A DNA stretch of 64,000 nucleotides from Bacteroidales bacterium (GCA_007132225.1 SLPB01000001.1:1698-65697); one strand, 5' to 3'. Shown: positions 39,744 to 50,662, numbered from the stretch's first letter. The notes: generated by a model from the letters alone, not told the origin. Numbers and translations are program-made.

Positions 39744-41120
39744 ATGACACTTATAAAATCAATTTCCGGAATCCGTGGTACGATAGGTGACAAACCGGGT
39801 AACGGATTAACTCCTCTTGATATTGTAAAATTCACTTCGGCTTATGCAATGTGGATTAAATCCCGGGGGGAAAAAGAGAGGTATAAAATAATTACAGGCC
39901 GGGATTCAAGGATCTCGGGTAATATGGTAAATCAAATAGTTTGTGGCACTCTGATGGGAATGGGAATGGATGTTACTGATCTCGGACCTGCATCCACCCC
40001 AACAGTGGAAATAGCCGTGCAGAGAGAAAAGGCCGATGGCGGAATCATACTTACTGCCAGCCACAATCCGGTTCAGTGGAACGCCCTTAAACTGCTCAAT
40101 AACAAAGGTGAATTTTTGACTGCCGAAGACGGCAGTCAATTGCTTGAAATTGCAAACAGTGAATTGTTCGATTATGCAGATGCCTTTGATCTTGGCAGTT
40201 ATAATACCGACGATAGTTTCTCCACTAAACATATAGAGGCTATTATGGAGTTACCTCTTGTTGATGTTGAAGCAATCAGGAAAAGGGGGTATAAAATAGC
40301 TGTAGATTGTGTTAACTCGGTGGGGAGTTTAATTATACCGGAGCTTTTAAAAGCACTTGGTGTTAAGGAAGTTGTTAAGCTCTATTGTGAGCCCGATGGT
40401 TTATTCCCGCATAACCCCGAACCTTTGTCGGAAAACCTTCAGGAACTTTCATCAAAGGTTGTTTCAGAAAAAGCAGACCTTGGATTTGCTGTCGACCCGG
40501 ATGTTGACAGACTGGCAATAGTAAATGAGGATGGCACTATGTTCGGCGAAGAGTACACACTTGTTGCTGTAGCCGATTATGTTCTTGGTAATAACCCCGG
40601 AAACACTGTTTCTAACCTTTCATCAACAAAAGCCCTGCGGGAACTTACAGAAAGTCACGGAGGAAAGCATACAGCCTCTGCTGTTGGAGAGGTTAATGTC
40701 ATATCAGAGATGAAAAAAAACAAAGCTGTGATAGGCGGTGAAGGCAATGGAGGAGTTATATACCCCGACCTGCACTACGGGCGCGATGCCCTCGCAGGGA
40801 TAGCATTATTTCTGACACACCTGGCAAAACAGGGAGTAAAATGCAGCCAGCTCAGGAAAAAGTATCCCGATTATCACATCTCTAAGAACAAGTTACAGCT
40901 ATCGGAAGGAGTCAATATTGACGAAATTTTAGAAAACCTTAAAAAACAGTATGCAGATCATCCTGTAAATGATGTGGACGGAATTAAAATTGATTTCGCT
41001 GATGGATGGGTACATCTTAGAAAATCCAATACAGAACCTGTTATCAGAATATACTCCGAGGGAAGTGACAGGCAGCAGGCAGAAAAGCTCGGTGAAATGA
41101 TCATATCTAAAATAAAATAA
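39744..41120 (+). CDS. glmM: Phosphoglucosamine mutase / phosphohexomutase
   Basis: Start at MTLIKSISGIRGTIG. The active-site loop is 'LTASHNP' and the metal loop is 'FAVDPDVDR'. The ORF track starts 27 nt earlier. Confidence 0.8.
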   Translation: MTLIKSISGIRGTIGDKPGNGLTPLDIVKFTSAYAMWIKSRGEKERYKIITGRDSRISGNMVNQIVCGTLMGMGMDVTDLGPASTPTVEIAVQREKADGGIILTASHNPVQWNALKLLNNKGEFLTAEDGSQLLEIANSELFDYADAFDLGSYNTDDSFSTKHIEAIMELPLVDVEAIRKRGYKIAVDCVNSVGSLIIPELLKALGVKEVVKLYCEPDGLFPHNPEPLSENLQELSSKVVSEKADLGFAVDPDVDRLAIVNEDGTMFGEEYTLVAVADYVLGNNPGNTVSNLSSTKALRELTESHGGKHTASAVGEVNVISEMKKNKAVIGGEGNGGVIYPDLHYGRDALAGIALFLTHLAKQGVKCSQLRKKYPDYHISKNKLQLSEGVNIDEILENLKKQYADHPVNDVDGIKIDFADGWVHLRKSNTEPVIRIYSEGSDRQQAEKLGEMIISKIK

Positions 41121-41264
41121 GGAGCCGCAGCAGGTAAAGGGCAGATCAGAACCGGGTGGGAATCAATCACCTTCTTTATTGATAGACTCAAATAGAAAAA
41201 TTACCGTTATTTATATAGATGAATATGTATTAGAAAGAGAAATTTCCAACTATATTCCATACCA

Positions 41265-42680
41265 ATGAAACGAAATTCAATAATTACCAGTATAGTAATC
41301 GGAGCTCTTGTGCTGGGTATAATAATATACGCACTGGGAGCAGAAAAGGAAAATATAGCTATGCTTGATGTCCCGGTAATGAGGGGGGATTTTGAAGTAC
41401 TTGTTATAGTTACCGGTGAGCTTCAGGCAGAACGTTCAGAACAGATAACGGGTCCCCAGGAGTTAAGAAGCAGAAATATCCGCATAGGCAATATCCGGAT
41501 TCAGGATCTTATACCAGAAGGTACAGTTGTGGATTCGGGTGACTATGTGGCATTGCTTGACAGGTCAGAATCGGATAATGCCCTGAAAGATATAGAAGAT
41601 GCTCTTGAAAGGGCCGAAGCACAGTATGCAAGAACCCAGCTTGATACCACTATAACCCTGAGCAATCTGCGGGATGAACTTATAAACCTTGAGTACAACC
41701 TTGAGGAAAGAAGGCTTATCCTGGAACAATCCAAATTCGAACCACCGGCAACCATCAGGCAGGCTGAAATCAGCCTGGAGAGGGCAGAGAGGGGACTGGA
41801 ACAGTCAAAACAAAATTACCAGCTGAGGATTCAGCAGGCAAATGAAGATATGAATGAAGCCTCAATAAACCTCTCCCAGCAAAGACGAAGATACCAGGAA
41901 ATGCTTAATGTGCTTGATAAATTTACCATCCGGGCCCCTAAATCCGGAATGGTCATATATCACAGGGAGTGGAACGGTCAGAGAAGAACAGTGGGTTCAA
42001 CCATCAGTCCCTGGGACCTGACTGTGGCAACCCTGCCAGACCTTTCCTCAATGATGTCAACAACTTACGTAAATGAGATAGATGTAAGCAAGGTAAGAGC
42101 CGGCCAGCATGTCCGTATAGGAGTTGATGCTTTTCCCCAAAGAGAATACACTGGCAGTATAATGCAGGTTGCAAATGTGGGTGAGCAAATGCCTAATACA
42201 GATGCAAAGGTTTTCGAAGTCCGGATATTGCTGAATGAATATGACCCCATCCTGAGGCCGGCAATGACTACCAGTAATATAATCGTTACCCGGACATCAA
42301 AGGATGTTTTGTACGTCCCCCTGGAAGCAATAAACATTGCCGACAGCATACCCTATGTTTTCAAGCGGGACGGTACAAGGCAGATTGTTGTTCTGGGGGA
42401 TGCCAATGATAATCATGTTATAGTTGAGAAAGGCCTTAGTGAAAATGACCGCATCTACCTTACAACACCCGATGACCCTGACAGGTTCAGACTTACCGGG
42501 AAAGACCTTATTGCGGTAATTGAAGAGAAAAAAGCCCGGGAAAAAGTAGAAGAACAAGCAAGAAGATACGAAGAAGAGAGGATGCTGAAGGAACGTGAGG
42601 AGAGGATCCGGCAAATACGTTCAGATAATGGCCCCGGTGCTGCAGCAGAAGGGATGCAAAGAGCCCGGCCGGGAAATTGA
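41265..42680 (+). CDS. HlyD/MacA-type periplasmic adaptor (membrane fusion protein) with a charged C-terminal tail
   Basis: 471 aa with an N-terminal anchor, a long coiled-coil hairpin, and barrel/MP domains ('FTIRAPKSGMVIY', 'GQHVRIGVDAFP'). The ~60-aa Glu/Arg/Lys-rich C-terminus is unusual. Confidence 0.75.
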   Translation: MKRNSIITSIVIGALVLGIIIYALGAEKENIAMLDVPVMRGDFEVLVIVTGELQAERSEQITGPQELRSRNIRIGNIRIQDLIPEGTVVDSGDYVALLDRSESDNALKDIEDALERAEAQYARTQLDTTITLSNLRDELINLEYNLEERRLILEQSKFEPPATIRQAEISLERAERGLEQSKQNYQLRIQQANEDMNEASINLSQQRRRYQEMLNVLDKFTIRAPKSGMVIYHREWNGQRRTVGSTISPWDLTVATLPDLSSMMSTTYVNEIDVSKVRAGQHVRIGVDAFPQREYTGSIMQVANVGEQMPNTDAKVFEVRILLNEYDPILRPAMTTSNIIVTRTSKDVLYVPLEAINIADSIPYVFKRDGTRQIVVLGDANDNHVIVEKGLSENDRIYLTTPDDPDRFRLTGKDLIAVIEEKKAREKVEEQARRYEEERMLKEREERIRQIRSDNGPGAAAEGMQRARPGN

Positions 42681-42693
42681 AAAAGGACAAATT

Positions 42694-44064
42694 ATGAGGA
42701 AATATTTTCATGATATCGTGATTGCCTTTGAGTCAATCATGGCTAATAAGCTAAAGTCCGTTCTTACCGCCCTGGGTATTATTTTCGGTGTTGCCTCCGT
42801 GATTAGCATGCTTGCTATTGGAAACGGTGCACAGCAGGAAATTCTTGAACAGATAAAGATGGTCGGGGTGAATAATATACTTATATCACCCATTGTCCAG
42901 GAACAGGGCGATTCAAATAATGATGAAAACGGCAATGGCCGGCAAGAAAGGGGAAAATTCAGCAGGGGACTCAGTCTGCTGGATGCCGAGGCAATACAGG
43001 CAACCATTCCTTCGGTTGTAAGAATCAGTCCCGAAATAGCACTCAATTCCCATGCAGTCTACGGGGGGAAAAGGGAGGCAGCCAAACTAATCGGAGTTTC
43101 CGGTGACTATTTTGATCTGTTCAACCTGCCCCTTGAATCGGGGACTATATTCAATGAGCATCAGGAAGAAAACGGCCTTGCCGTAGCCGTAATTGGTGCT
43201 AACATAAAGTCAAGATTTTTCCCGGATGTAAACCCGATTGGAAAATATATAAAATTCGGGCATGTGTGGCTTCAGGTTATAGGCGTTATAGAGAGAAGCA
43301 CTGTATCTGTGTCTGCTTTTGAAAATGTAGGAATAAACGTTTATAATGATAACATTTATGTCCCTGTAAAAACCATGCTTATGAGGTATCAGAACCGCGG
43401 CATTTTAAGAAGCGAGTCTGCAGGATCTTCCGCCAGCATAAGAGGTGGCAGGGGATTTATGAGAATGAGAGGCATGATCAGCACAACCCCCTCACAAAAC
43501 ATCTCCTCCAATTATCATCAGCTTGACAAGATAGTTGTCCAGGTTGCCGAGACCGAACAGCTCTCCCCCACAGCTGAATTAATCGGACGCATGTTATTGA
43601 GGCGGCATTCAGAGGTAAAGGATTTTGAAGTTACTGTGCCTGAACTGCTCCTCAAGCAGCAGCAACGTACCAGGGAGATATTCAATATAGTGCTGGGAGC
43701 CATAGCCGGCATCTCCCTTATTGTAGGGGGCATAGGTATAATGAACATTATGTTTGCCTCTGTGATGGAAAGGATAAAGGAGATAGGTACCAGGCAGGCA
43801 ATAGGTGCCACGCGGATAGATATCATAGTGCAGTTTCTCTCCGAAGCCGTTCTAATTAGTGTGAGCGGCGGACTGATTGGGGTAATCCTGGGTATAGTTT
43901 TATCCAACCTGATAACCAGGTTTACTGACATATCAACAATAGTCTCACTATCATCTGTACTGATAGCATTTTTTGTGTCAGCCTCAGTTGGTGTTATATT
44001 CGGATATTCACCGGCCAAAAGAGCAGCAGAAAAGGACCCCATTGAATCGCTCAGGTATGAGTGA
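42694..44064 (+). CDS. MacB/FtsX-type ABC transporter permease
   Basis: Start at MRKYFHDIVIAFESIMANKLKSVLT. A large periplasmic domain lies between TM1 and TM2. The C-terminal FtsX motif is 'GIGIMNIM..ERIKEIGTRQAIGA'. There is no ATPase domain. Confidence 0.8.
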   Translation: MRKYFHDIVIAFESIMANKLKSVLTALGIIFGVASVISMLAIGNGAQQEILEQIKMVGVNNILISPIVQEQGDSNNDENGNGRQERGKFSRGLSLLDAEAIQATIPSVVRISPEIALNSHAVYGGKREAAKLIGVSGDYFDLFNLPLESGTIFNEHQEENGLAVAVIGANIKSRFFPDVNPIGKYIKFGHVWLQVIGVIERSTVSVSAFENVGINVYNDNIYVPVKTMLMRYQNRGILRSESAGSSASIRGGRGFMRMRGMISTTPSQNISSNYHQLDKIVVQVAETEQLSPTAELIGRMLLRRHSEVKDFEVTVPELLLKQQQRTREIFNIVLGAIAGISLIVGGIGIMNIMFASVMERIKEIGTRQAIGATRIDIIVQFLSEAVLISVSGGLIGVILGIVLSNLITRFTDISTIVSLSSVLIAFFVSASVGVIFGYSPAKRAAEKDPIESLRYE

Positions 44065-44123
44065 TTCAATGCAGCCCTTCCACCGGCAATATAAATATTA
44101 ACCTATAAACATTTCATATCCAG

Positions 44124-45620
44124 ATGCAAAAATTTACTTTGGCCACCCTGGTTTTTGTGATGATGCTTTTGTTATCAAACCTGCCTACTGTAAAGGGCCA
44201 GAACAATCAGCGTGTAATGAACCTGTCACTTGATGAGGTCATTGAAATAGCCAGGAACCAGTCGCCTCAGGCCATACTTGCTCAGCACAGATTCAGGTCC
44301 AGCTATTGGCAGCACCGTACCTACAGGGCAGAGTTCCTGCCCGGCCTCAATCTCAGGGGCACACTGCCGGACTTCAACCGTTCAATAACCAGTTACACCC
44401 TGGAGGATGGAAGCGACGTTTTTATCGAAAGAAATATTATAAACTCACTGGCCAGTCTGGAGCTGACTCAGAATATCGGACTCACAGGTGGACAAATCTT
44501 TATGTCTTCCGAACTTCAAAGAGTTGACAATCTTGACATAGACAGTGCGTCATACAGAACAACGCCGGTAAATATCGGTTTCCGGCAATCACTTTCCGGA
44601 TATAATGCATACCGGTGGCAACGGGAAATAGAGCCTTTGCGTTTTGAGGAAGCCAGAAGGTCCTATGTGAGCTCCATCGAAAATGTTGCATTGCGCGCGG
44701 TTAATCTTTTTTTTGACCTTGCGCTCGCCCAGGTGAACCTGGAAATAGCGGAACTGAATTTTGCAAATACAGACACCCTCTACCGCATTGCTCAGGGAAG
44801 GTATAACATAGGAACAATACCGGAAAACCAGTTGCTGCAGATGGAACTGGGTTATCTTAATGCCGGCGCAGCCCTTAATGAAGCCACGCTTGATCTGGAA
44901 GTGAGGAAATTCCGGCTGCGATCATTTCTGGGATATAACGAAACAGTGGATATTGAACTGCAAATTGATCCTTCAGTTCCTGTTTTCAGGCCCGATCTTG
45001 ACATAGCCATTCGGGAAGCTCTTGATAATAACCCTGAAGTAATGCAGTTTGAACGGCAGCTTATTGAGGCAGACAGGGATGTAGCAAGGGCAAGGTCGGA
45101 AAGGGGATTTAACGCAGACCTCTTTGCTGTTTACGGACTGACAAGCAGCTCTCCGGAATTCACAGATGCTTACAGGGACCCCCAGGTTTCACAAAGATTG
45201 CGTATCGGACTGGAGATTCCCATAATGGATTGGGGACTTGGAAGGGGAAGGTACAGGATGGCCCAGTCCAGCCAGGAAGTGGTGCGCACCCAGGTAGAGC
45301 AGGCCAGGATCGATTTCGAACAAAGTGTTTACCTTGAGGTTATGCAGTTTACCATGCAATACGACCAGCTTGATATTGCACTGAAAGCCGATACTATCGC
45401 ACAGAAAAGATTTGATGTAACCCGGGAAAGATTCCTTATTGGCAGAATTGATGTACGTGATCTTAATGATGCAATCAGGGAGCAGGATGTGGCCAGGAGA
45501 GGTTATATTTCTGCACTTCGCAGCTACTGGCAGTACTATTATAATCTCAGGCGGCTTACATTGTATGATTTTGAACGGGATATAAAGCTCACTGAAGATT
45601 TCGATGATTTGATATTGTAA
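44124..45620 (+). CDS. TolC-family outer-membrane efflux protein
   Basis: 498 aa with a signal peptide and two OEP repeats. It is the third gene of the adaptor-permease operon. Confidence 0.8.
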   Translation: MQKFTLATLVFVMMLLLSNLPTVKGQNNQRVMNLSLDEVIEIARNQSPQAILAQHRFRSSYWQHRTYRAEFLPGLNLRGTLPDFNRSITSYTLEDGSDVFIERNIINSLASLELTQNIGLTGGQIFMSSELQRVDNLDIDSASYRTTPVNIGFRQSLSGYNAYRWQREIEPLRFEEARRSYVSSIENVALRAVNLFFDLALAQVNLEIAELNFANTDTLYRIAQGRYNIGTIPENQLLQMELGYLNAGAALNEATLDLEVRKFRLRSFLGYNETVDIELQIDPSVPVFRPDLDIAIREALDNNPEVMQFERQLIEADRDVARARSERGFNADLFAVYGLTSSSPEFTDAYRDPQVSQRLRIGLEIPIMDWGLGRGRYRMAQSSQEVVRTQVEQARIDFEQSVYLEVMQFTMQYDQLDIALKADTIAQKRFDVTRERFLIGRIDVRDLNDAIREQDVARRGYISALRSYWQYYYNLRRLTLYDFERDIKLTEDFDDLIL

Positions 45621-45640
45621 TTCTGTAACAACATTATCTT

Positions 45641-45648
45641 TATGTTTG
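45641..45648 (+). promoter_or_regulatory. Candidate -7 box (TATGTTTG) for mdh
   Basis: Matches TAnnTTTG, 52 nt upstream of the ATG at 45700. Confidence 0.3.
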
Positions 45649-45699
45649 AACCAAAACAGGTCAGTGCTGTTAGTTTAATAAACATAAATTATTGGGCTT

Positions 45700-46635
45700 A
45701 TGAAAATAACTGTAATCGGTGCCGGGAATGTAGGAGCAACCTGCGCAAATGTAATTGCACATAAAGCACTGGCAAACCAGATTGTTCTTGTTGATGTCAA
45801 GGAAGGGCTGGCAGAGGGCAAGGCTTTGGATATGTGGCAGACAGCCTCGGTCAATATATTTGATACCCGGATTATCGGGGTGACCAATGACTATGAGGCG
45901 ACAAAGGATTCTGAAATAATAGTGATAACCTCCGGGGTACCCAGGAAAGCCGGGATGAGCCGGGATGACCTCATCTCCACCAATGCAAAAATAGTTAAGG
46001 ATGTAACCCAAAAGGCGATCAGGTACTCACCGGATGCAATTATCATAGTTGTGTCCAATCCACTTGATGTAATGACCTATGCAGCATATCTTTCTTCAAA
46101 TAAACACCACAGCAAGGTTTTTGGCATGGCAGGGATACTTGATGCAGCCAGGTACAAGTCATTCATAGCCGAGGCCCTCAATACCTCCCCGCGTGATGTA
46201 CAGGCTCTGCTTTTAGGCGGACACGGCGATACTATGGTGCCTCTCCCGCGTTATACCTCGGTATCCGGCATACCGGTTTCCCAGTTGCTTGAACAGGATG
46301 AGATTGACAGGATAGTCCAGAAAACAAGACAGGGAGGCGGTGATCTGGTCAAAATGATAGGCACTTCTGCCTGGTATGCACCAGGTGCAGCTGTTGCACT
46401 TATGGTTGAAGCAATTGTTCATGACCAGCACCGGATTTTCTCAATATGTGCATATGTTAACGGCGAATATGGTATCAGGGACATATATCTCGGCGTTCCT
46501 GTCAAGCTTGGCAGGACAGGTGTGGAAAAGGTAATGGAGATAGAGCTGGATGAAAACGAAAAACAGCTCCTTTATGATTCTGCCTGCTCGGTGCGTCAAT
46601 TAAAGAAAACTCTTGACGGCATGAAGCTTTTCTAA
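45700..46635 (+). CDS. mdh: Malate dehydrogenase (LDH-like family)
   Basis: 311 aa with 'MKITVIGAGNVGATCA', 'VVSNPLD', 'LGGHGDTMVP' and substrate Arg contexts 'PRKAGMSRDDL'. Confidence 0.9.
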   Translation: MKITVIGAGNVGATCANVIAHKALANQIVLVDVKEGLAEGKALDMWQTASVNIFDTRIIGVTNDYEATKDSEIIVITSGVPRKAGMSRDDLISTNAKIVKDVTQKAIRYSPDAIIIVVSNPLDVMTYAAYLSSNKHHSKVFGMAGILDAARYKSFIAEALNTSPRDVQALLLGGHGDTMVPLPRYTSVSGIPVSQLLEQDEIDRIVQKTRQGGGDLVKMIGTSAWYAPGAAVALMVEAIVHDQHRIFSICAYVNGEYGIRDIYLGVPVKLGRTGVEKVMEIELDENEKQLLYDSACSVRQLKKTLDGMKLF

Positions 46636-46879
46636 GCTCCTGTTCTAATTTTTCTGATCCCGGGGCCTGGTCAATTGAACCCGCAAAGCAAATCCGCCCG
46701 GATTTGTCCTCTCCTGAAAATCTTTATGGTGAAAAAACCAGAATAATAAAAAAGCAATTTTATAGTTTTATACCAGATAATTGACTTCAGAGTTTGCTCG
46801 ATAAAGCCTGGATTAATACAAGTCAGGCATAAGGGTAATTTGATTGTCTTTAACCTGCGGAGTTTACAAAAAAATATAA

Positions 46880-46887
46880 TATATTTG
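46880..46887 (+). promoter_or_regulatory. Candidate -7 box (TATATTTG) for secDF
   Basis: Matches TAnnTTTG, 42 nt upstream of the ATG at 46929. Confidence 0.3.
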
Positions 46888-46928
46888 CGCCACAATTTAA
46901 ATCCGAGAAATAAATAAATTAACAAGAA

Positions 46929-49900
46929 ATGCAGAATAAAGGAGCAGTAAAGCTGCTGGCAATTGCGTTGGCACTGGTAAGTATTTACCAGCTCTCTTTC
47001 ACTTATTTTACCCGAAAGGTTGAAAGGGATGCAGCGGTATATGCAGAAGGGGATCCGGTAAGAGAACAAGCCTACCTGGATTCGATGATGAGAGAAACCG
47101 TATATAATTTTCTGGGAATACGTCAATACACATACAGAGAAGCAAAGGAAAGGGAGATAAACCTTGGTCTTGATCTGAGGGGTGGCATGAACGTAACCCT
47201 GGAGATATCCTCCTATGAAATTATCAGGGCTCTTTCAAATTACAGCGATGACCCCACTTTTGTAAAAGCACTCAACCTTGCCCGTGAATACCAGAGAACA
47301 AGTACTGATGATTTTATATCACTGTTCGGCAGGGCTTTTGAAGAAGTTGATCCGGATGCCCGGATGGCAGCCATTTTCAGTACACCTGAACTGCGAGACA
47401 GGATAACCTTTGCCTCAACCAACCAGGATGTACTCAACGTGATCCGCAGGGAAGCAGAAAATGCTATTGATAACTCCTTTAATATACTTCGCAGCAGGAT
47501 TGACCGGTTTGGCGTTACCCAGCCCAATATTCAGAAGCTTGAGACACATGGACGCATTCTTGTGGAGCTACCGGGGATTCGTGAACCGGAAAGGGTAAGA
47601 TCACTCCTTCAGGGTACTGCAAACCTTGAATTTTGGGAAACTTATGATAACCAGGAAATTTACCCCTACCTACTTGAGGCCAACCAGCGAATTAAAGAAA
47701 TAGAGGAAGCTCAAAGAGTGCTGGAAAGGGATCCTGAACCGGAAGATACAGTGGCCCCCGTTCAGCCCGAGCCCGGAGAAGAATTAACGCCGGCAGATAC
47801 ACTTAGCCCAGAAGAAGAATCCCTCCTTGATTTAATTGACCGGGACCCAGCAGATCTTGATGAGGATCTCACACCTGACCAGATGCTTCTTGACTTCCCC
47901 CTGTTCAGTATACTTAACCCGATGACCGGGGCGGATGGAAGGCTTATGGGTGGCTCAGTTGTAGGTATAGCCGAATATCGCGACACGGCAAAGGTAAACC
48001 GTTACCTCAACATGCCACAGGTGAGGCAGTTGTTTCCCCGTGATGTGAAGTTTTTATGGGGGGTTAAACCTCCCCGCTTTGATGCTACCGAATCATTTTA
48101 TGAATTACACGCAATAAGAGTAACCGCCCGCGACGGCCGGCCGCCGCTTGACGGAGATGTTATAACCGATGCAAGGGCGGATTTCGGACAAGCCCAGGCT
48201 ACTGCAGAAGTGACCATGGCAATGAACGCCGAGGGAGCCAGGATATGGGCCAGGCTTACCAGAGACAATATAGGAAACTCTATTGCAATTGTTCTTGATG
48301 ACCTCGTTTATTCAGCACCCAGAGTTAACCAGGAGATAACAGGTGGCAGATCACAGATAACCGGCGATTTCTCAATAGCCGAAGCCCAGGACCTTGCCAA
48401 TGTACTCAGATCAGGGGCATTGCCAGCTCCTGCCAGGATCATACAGGAAGCCATAGTAGGACCGACCCTTGGCCAGGAAGCCATAACCGCAGGTTTAAGT
48501 TCATTCCTGATTGCTTTTCTGATCGTACTTATTTACATGATAATCTACTACAGCAGGAAAGCCGGACTGGTAGCCGATATAGCACTTGTAGTCAACCTGT
48601 TTTTTATCATGGGTGTGCTTGCTTCCCTGGGTGCTACACTTACCCTGCCGGGCATTGCTGGTATTGTGCTTACCATAGGCATGTCAGTCGATGCCAATGT
48701 TCTTATATTTGAAAGAATAAGAGAAGAAATAACTGCCGGTAAAGGACTGCGCCTTGCCGTTTCAGACGGATACAAAAATGCCTATTCCGCGATCATTGAT
48801 GCAAATGTGACCACCCTTCTGACTGGTATTATACTTTACATCTTTGGAACAGGCCCCATCCAGGGATTTGCCACAACCCTTATTATAGGTATCTGCACCT
48901 CTCTTTTCTCGGCTATATTTATCACAAGGCTCATTTTCCTGTGGTTTCTGGACCGTAACAAAACGCTGACTTTTGCCACCAGGATGACCGAGGGTGCCTT
49001 TAAAAACATTCATTATAAATTCATAAATAACCGCAAGACATTTTATCTGGTTTCAGGTGTTATCATTCTAATAGGGATCGCCTCCCTTTTCACAAGGGGG
49101 CTGAGCCAGGGCATTGATTTCACCGGGGGAAGAACCTATATTGTCCGTTTTGAGGAGCCGGTAAGCACAACCGAAATCCAGAGCTCGCTCTTTGATGTTT
49201 TTGGAGAGGGGACATCCGTAATTACTTTCGGTACCGACAACCAGGTCAGGATCTCCACCAATTACAGGATAGATGAAATCGATGCAGAAGTGGATCATGA
49301 AATAGAAGAACTGCTGTATCAGGGGTTGCTTCCTTTCATGGAAGAAGGAGTTGCCTTCAACCAGTTCATGAGTGATTACCGCCAGAGTTCGGAAAAAGTG
49401 GGGCCTGCCATTGCACATGATATAAAGGTCCAGGCAGTCTGGGCCATATTCTTTGCACTGGTGATCATGTTTCTTTACATGTTTATCAGGTTCAGAAACT
49501 GGCAGTTCGGACTGGGTGCCGTAGCAGCGGTAGGACATGATGTGCTTATCGTGCTTGGTATTTTCTCAATCGCTCACGGATTCCTTCCCTTCTCCCTTGA
49601 GATTGACCAGGCATTTATAGCCGCCATTCTTACAGTAGTGGGGTATTCCATAAACGATACAGTGGTAGTATTTGACCGTATCCGGGAATATTTTAAGCTT
49701 TATCCAAAACGTGAAAGGTCGGAAGTATATAACCTTGCACTTAACAGCACACTCAGCCGTACTTTCAGCACATCACTGAGTACATTTTTCGTGCTGCTGG
49801 CCATATTCCTGTTCGGCGGTGAGGTTATACGCGGGTTTATTTTCGCATTGCTTATTGGTGTTGTTGTGGGTACTTATTCATCCCTTTTTATAGCCACTCC

Positions 49901-49961
49901 CGTTGTATTTGACACGGCTTCGGCAAAGGCAAAAAAAATAACCCAAAAGAAAGTAAAATGA
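46929..49961 (+). CDS. secDF: Fused protein translocase subunit SecDF
   Basis: 1010 aa. The SecD part has a large periplasmic domain and six TM helices, followed by a SecF part ('GIDFTGGR'; '[15 protein letters not shown]'). Confidence 0.9.
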   Translation: MQNKGAVKLLAIALALVSIYQLSFTYFTRKVERDAAVYAEGDPVREQAYLDSMMRETVYNFLGIRQYTYREAKEREINLGLDLRGGMNVTLEISSYEIIRALSNYSDDPTFVKALNLAREYQRTSTDDFISLFGRAFEEVDPDARMAAIFSTPELRDRITFASTNQDVLNVIRREAENAIDNSFNILRSRIDRFGVTQPNIQKLETHGRILVELPGIREPERVRSLLQGTANLEFWETYDNQEIYPYLLEANQRIKEIEEAQRVLERDPEPEDTVAPVQPEPGEELTPADTLSPEEESLLDLIDRDPADLDEDLTPDQMLLDFPLFSILNPMTGADGRLMGGSVVGIAEYRDTAKVNRYLNMPQVRQLFPRDVKFLWGVKPPRFDATESFYELHAIRVTARDGRPPLDGDVITDARADFGQAQATAEVTMAMNAEGARIWARLTRDNIGNSIAIVLDDLVYSAPRVNQEITGGRSQITGDFSIAEAQDLANVLRSGALPAPARIIQEAIVGPTLGQEAITAGLSSFLIAFLIVLIYMIIYYSRKAGLVADIALVVNLFFIMGVLASLGATLTLPGIAGIVLTIGMSVDANVLIFERIREEITAGKGLRLAVSDGYKNAYSAIIDANVTTLLTGIILYIFGTGPIQGFATTLIIGICTSLFSAIFITRLIFLWFLDRNKTLTFATRMTEGAFKNIHYKFINNRKTFYLVSGVIILIGIASLFTRGLSQGIDFTGGRTYIVRFEEPVSTTEIQSSLFDVFGEGTSVITFGTDNQVRISTNYRIDEIDAEVDHEIEELLYQGLLPFMEEGVAFNQFMSDYRQSSEKVGPAIAHDIKVQAVWAIFFALVIMFLYMFIRFRNWQFGLGAVAAVGHDVLIVLGIFSIAHGFLPFSLEIDQAFIAAILTVVGYSINDTVVVFDRIREYFKLYPKRERSEVYNLALNSTLSRTFSTSLSTFFVLLAIFLFGGEVIRGFIFALLIGVVVGTYSSLFIATPVVFDTASAKAKKITQKKVK

Positions 49962-50554
49962 TGGCAAGCATTTTGTTTATAAGCGGGTCGGAAGTATTTA
50001 TTGTCCTTCTTGTGGTACTTCTTCTTTTTGGTTCCAAGAAAATCCCGGAACTTGCCAAGGGGCTGGGTAAAGGAATGCAGGAATTCAAAAAAGCTTCAGA
50101 TGACATAAAAAGAGAGATACACGAGAGCACCTCCGGAATTCGCCAAAGCGCAAATGAGATCCGGAAGGACATCGACGAAGTGAAAGGGAAGCTGGAGGAA
50201 GACACCTCTGAGATTCGCCAAAAAGCTGATGATATCAGGAAAGAGGTAGATGTTATGAAAGATGACCTGGATGAGACATCAGAAATTCGCGAAAACACTG
50301 AAGTGATACGGAAAGAGGTGGATGAGGTGAAAGAAAAGCTTGAGGGCACACCTGATACTTATGAAAACAATACTGAAACCCCGGAAGACACAGATGGTGT
50401 TAAGGGGAAGGTTATCTATGCATCTGAAATTCGCCTGGACCTGGATGAGATCCGCAAAAGCAAGGATGAACTGACAGGAGAAAAGGAAAATAAAGAAAGT
50501 AATAACGAAATCCGGGAAGGTAAAGACGATATGGAAGATGAGTATAATGATTAA
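49958..50554 (+). CDS. tatA: TatA/TatE-family twin-arginine translocase subunit with a long repetitive acidic C-terminal tail
   Basis: The N-terminal 47 aa '[42 protein letters not shown]' match the TatA TM helix plus amphipathic helix ('LLFG.KKLP..G..G....FKKA'). The ATG overlaps the secDF TGA (ATGA). Confidence 0.8.
   Translation: MMASILFISGSEVFIVLLVVLLLFGSKKIPELAKGLGKGMQEFKKASDDIKREIHESTSGIRQSANEIRKDIDEVKGKLEEDTSEIRQKADDIRKEVDVMKDDLDETSEIRENTEVIRKEVDEVKEKLEGTPDTYENNTETPEDTDGVKGKVIYASEIRLDLDEIRKSKDELTGEKENKESNNEIREGKDDMEDEYND
50129..50347 (+). repeat. Three tandem 24-25-aa coding repeats in the TatA tail
   Basis: [25 protein letters not shown] / [24 protein letters not shown] / [25 protein letters not shown] degenerate fourth copy, [20 protein letters not shown], lies downstream. 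Confidence 0.8.
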
Positions 50555-50662
50555 CCGGCAACTTTCTGTGCCCGTGACCCGGCATTGCAGACAAACTTTC
50601 TGTTCCCGTTAATTGCTGAAGCTTACGGTATAGATCTTTCCTGGTTTCTTAACGGTCTTCAA

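Noticed and set aside
49888-50349. 153-aa minus-strand ORF with its own striking repeats ([25 protein letters not shown]...)
   Set aside because: Its periodicity is simply the reverse-complement image of the tatA tail repeats. The plus-strand frame has the canonical TatA N-terminus.
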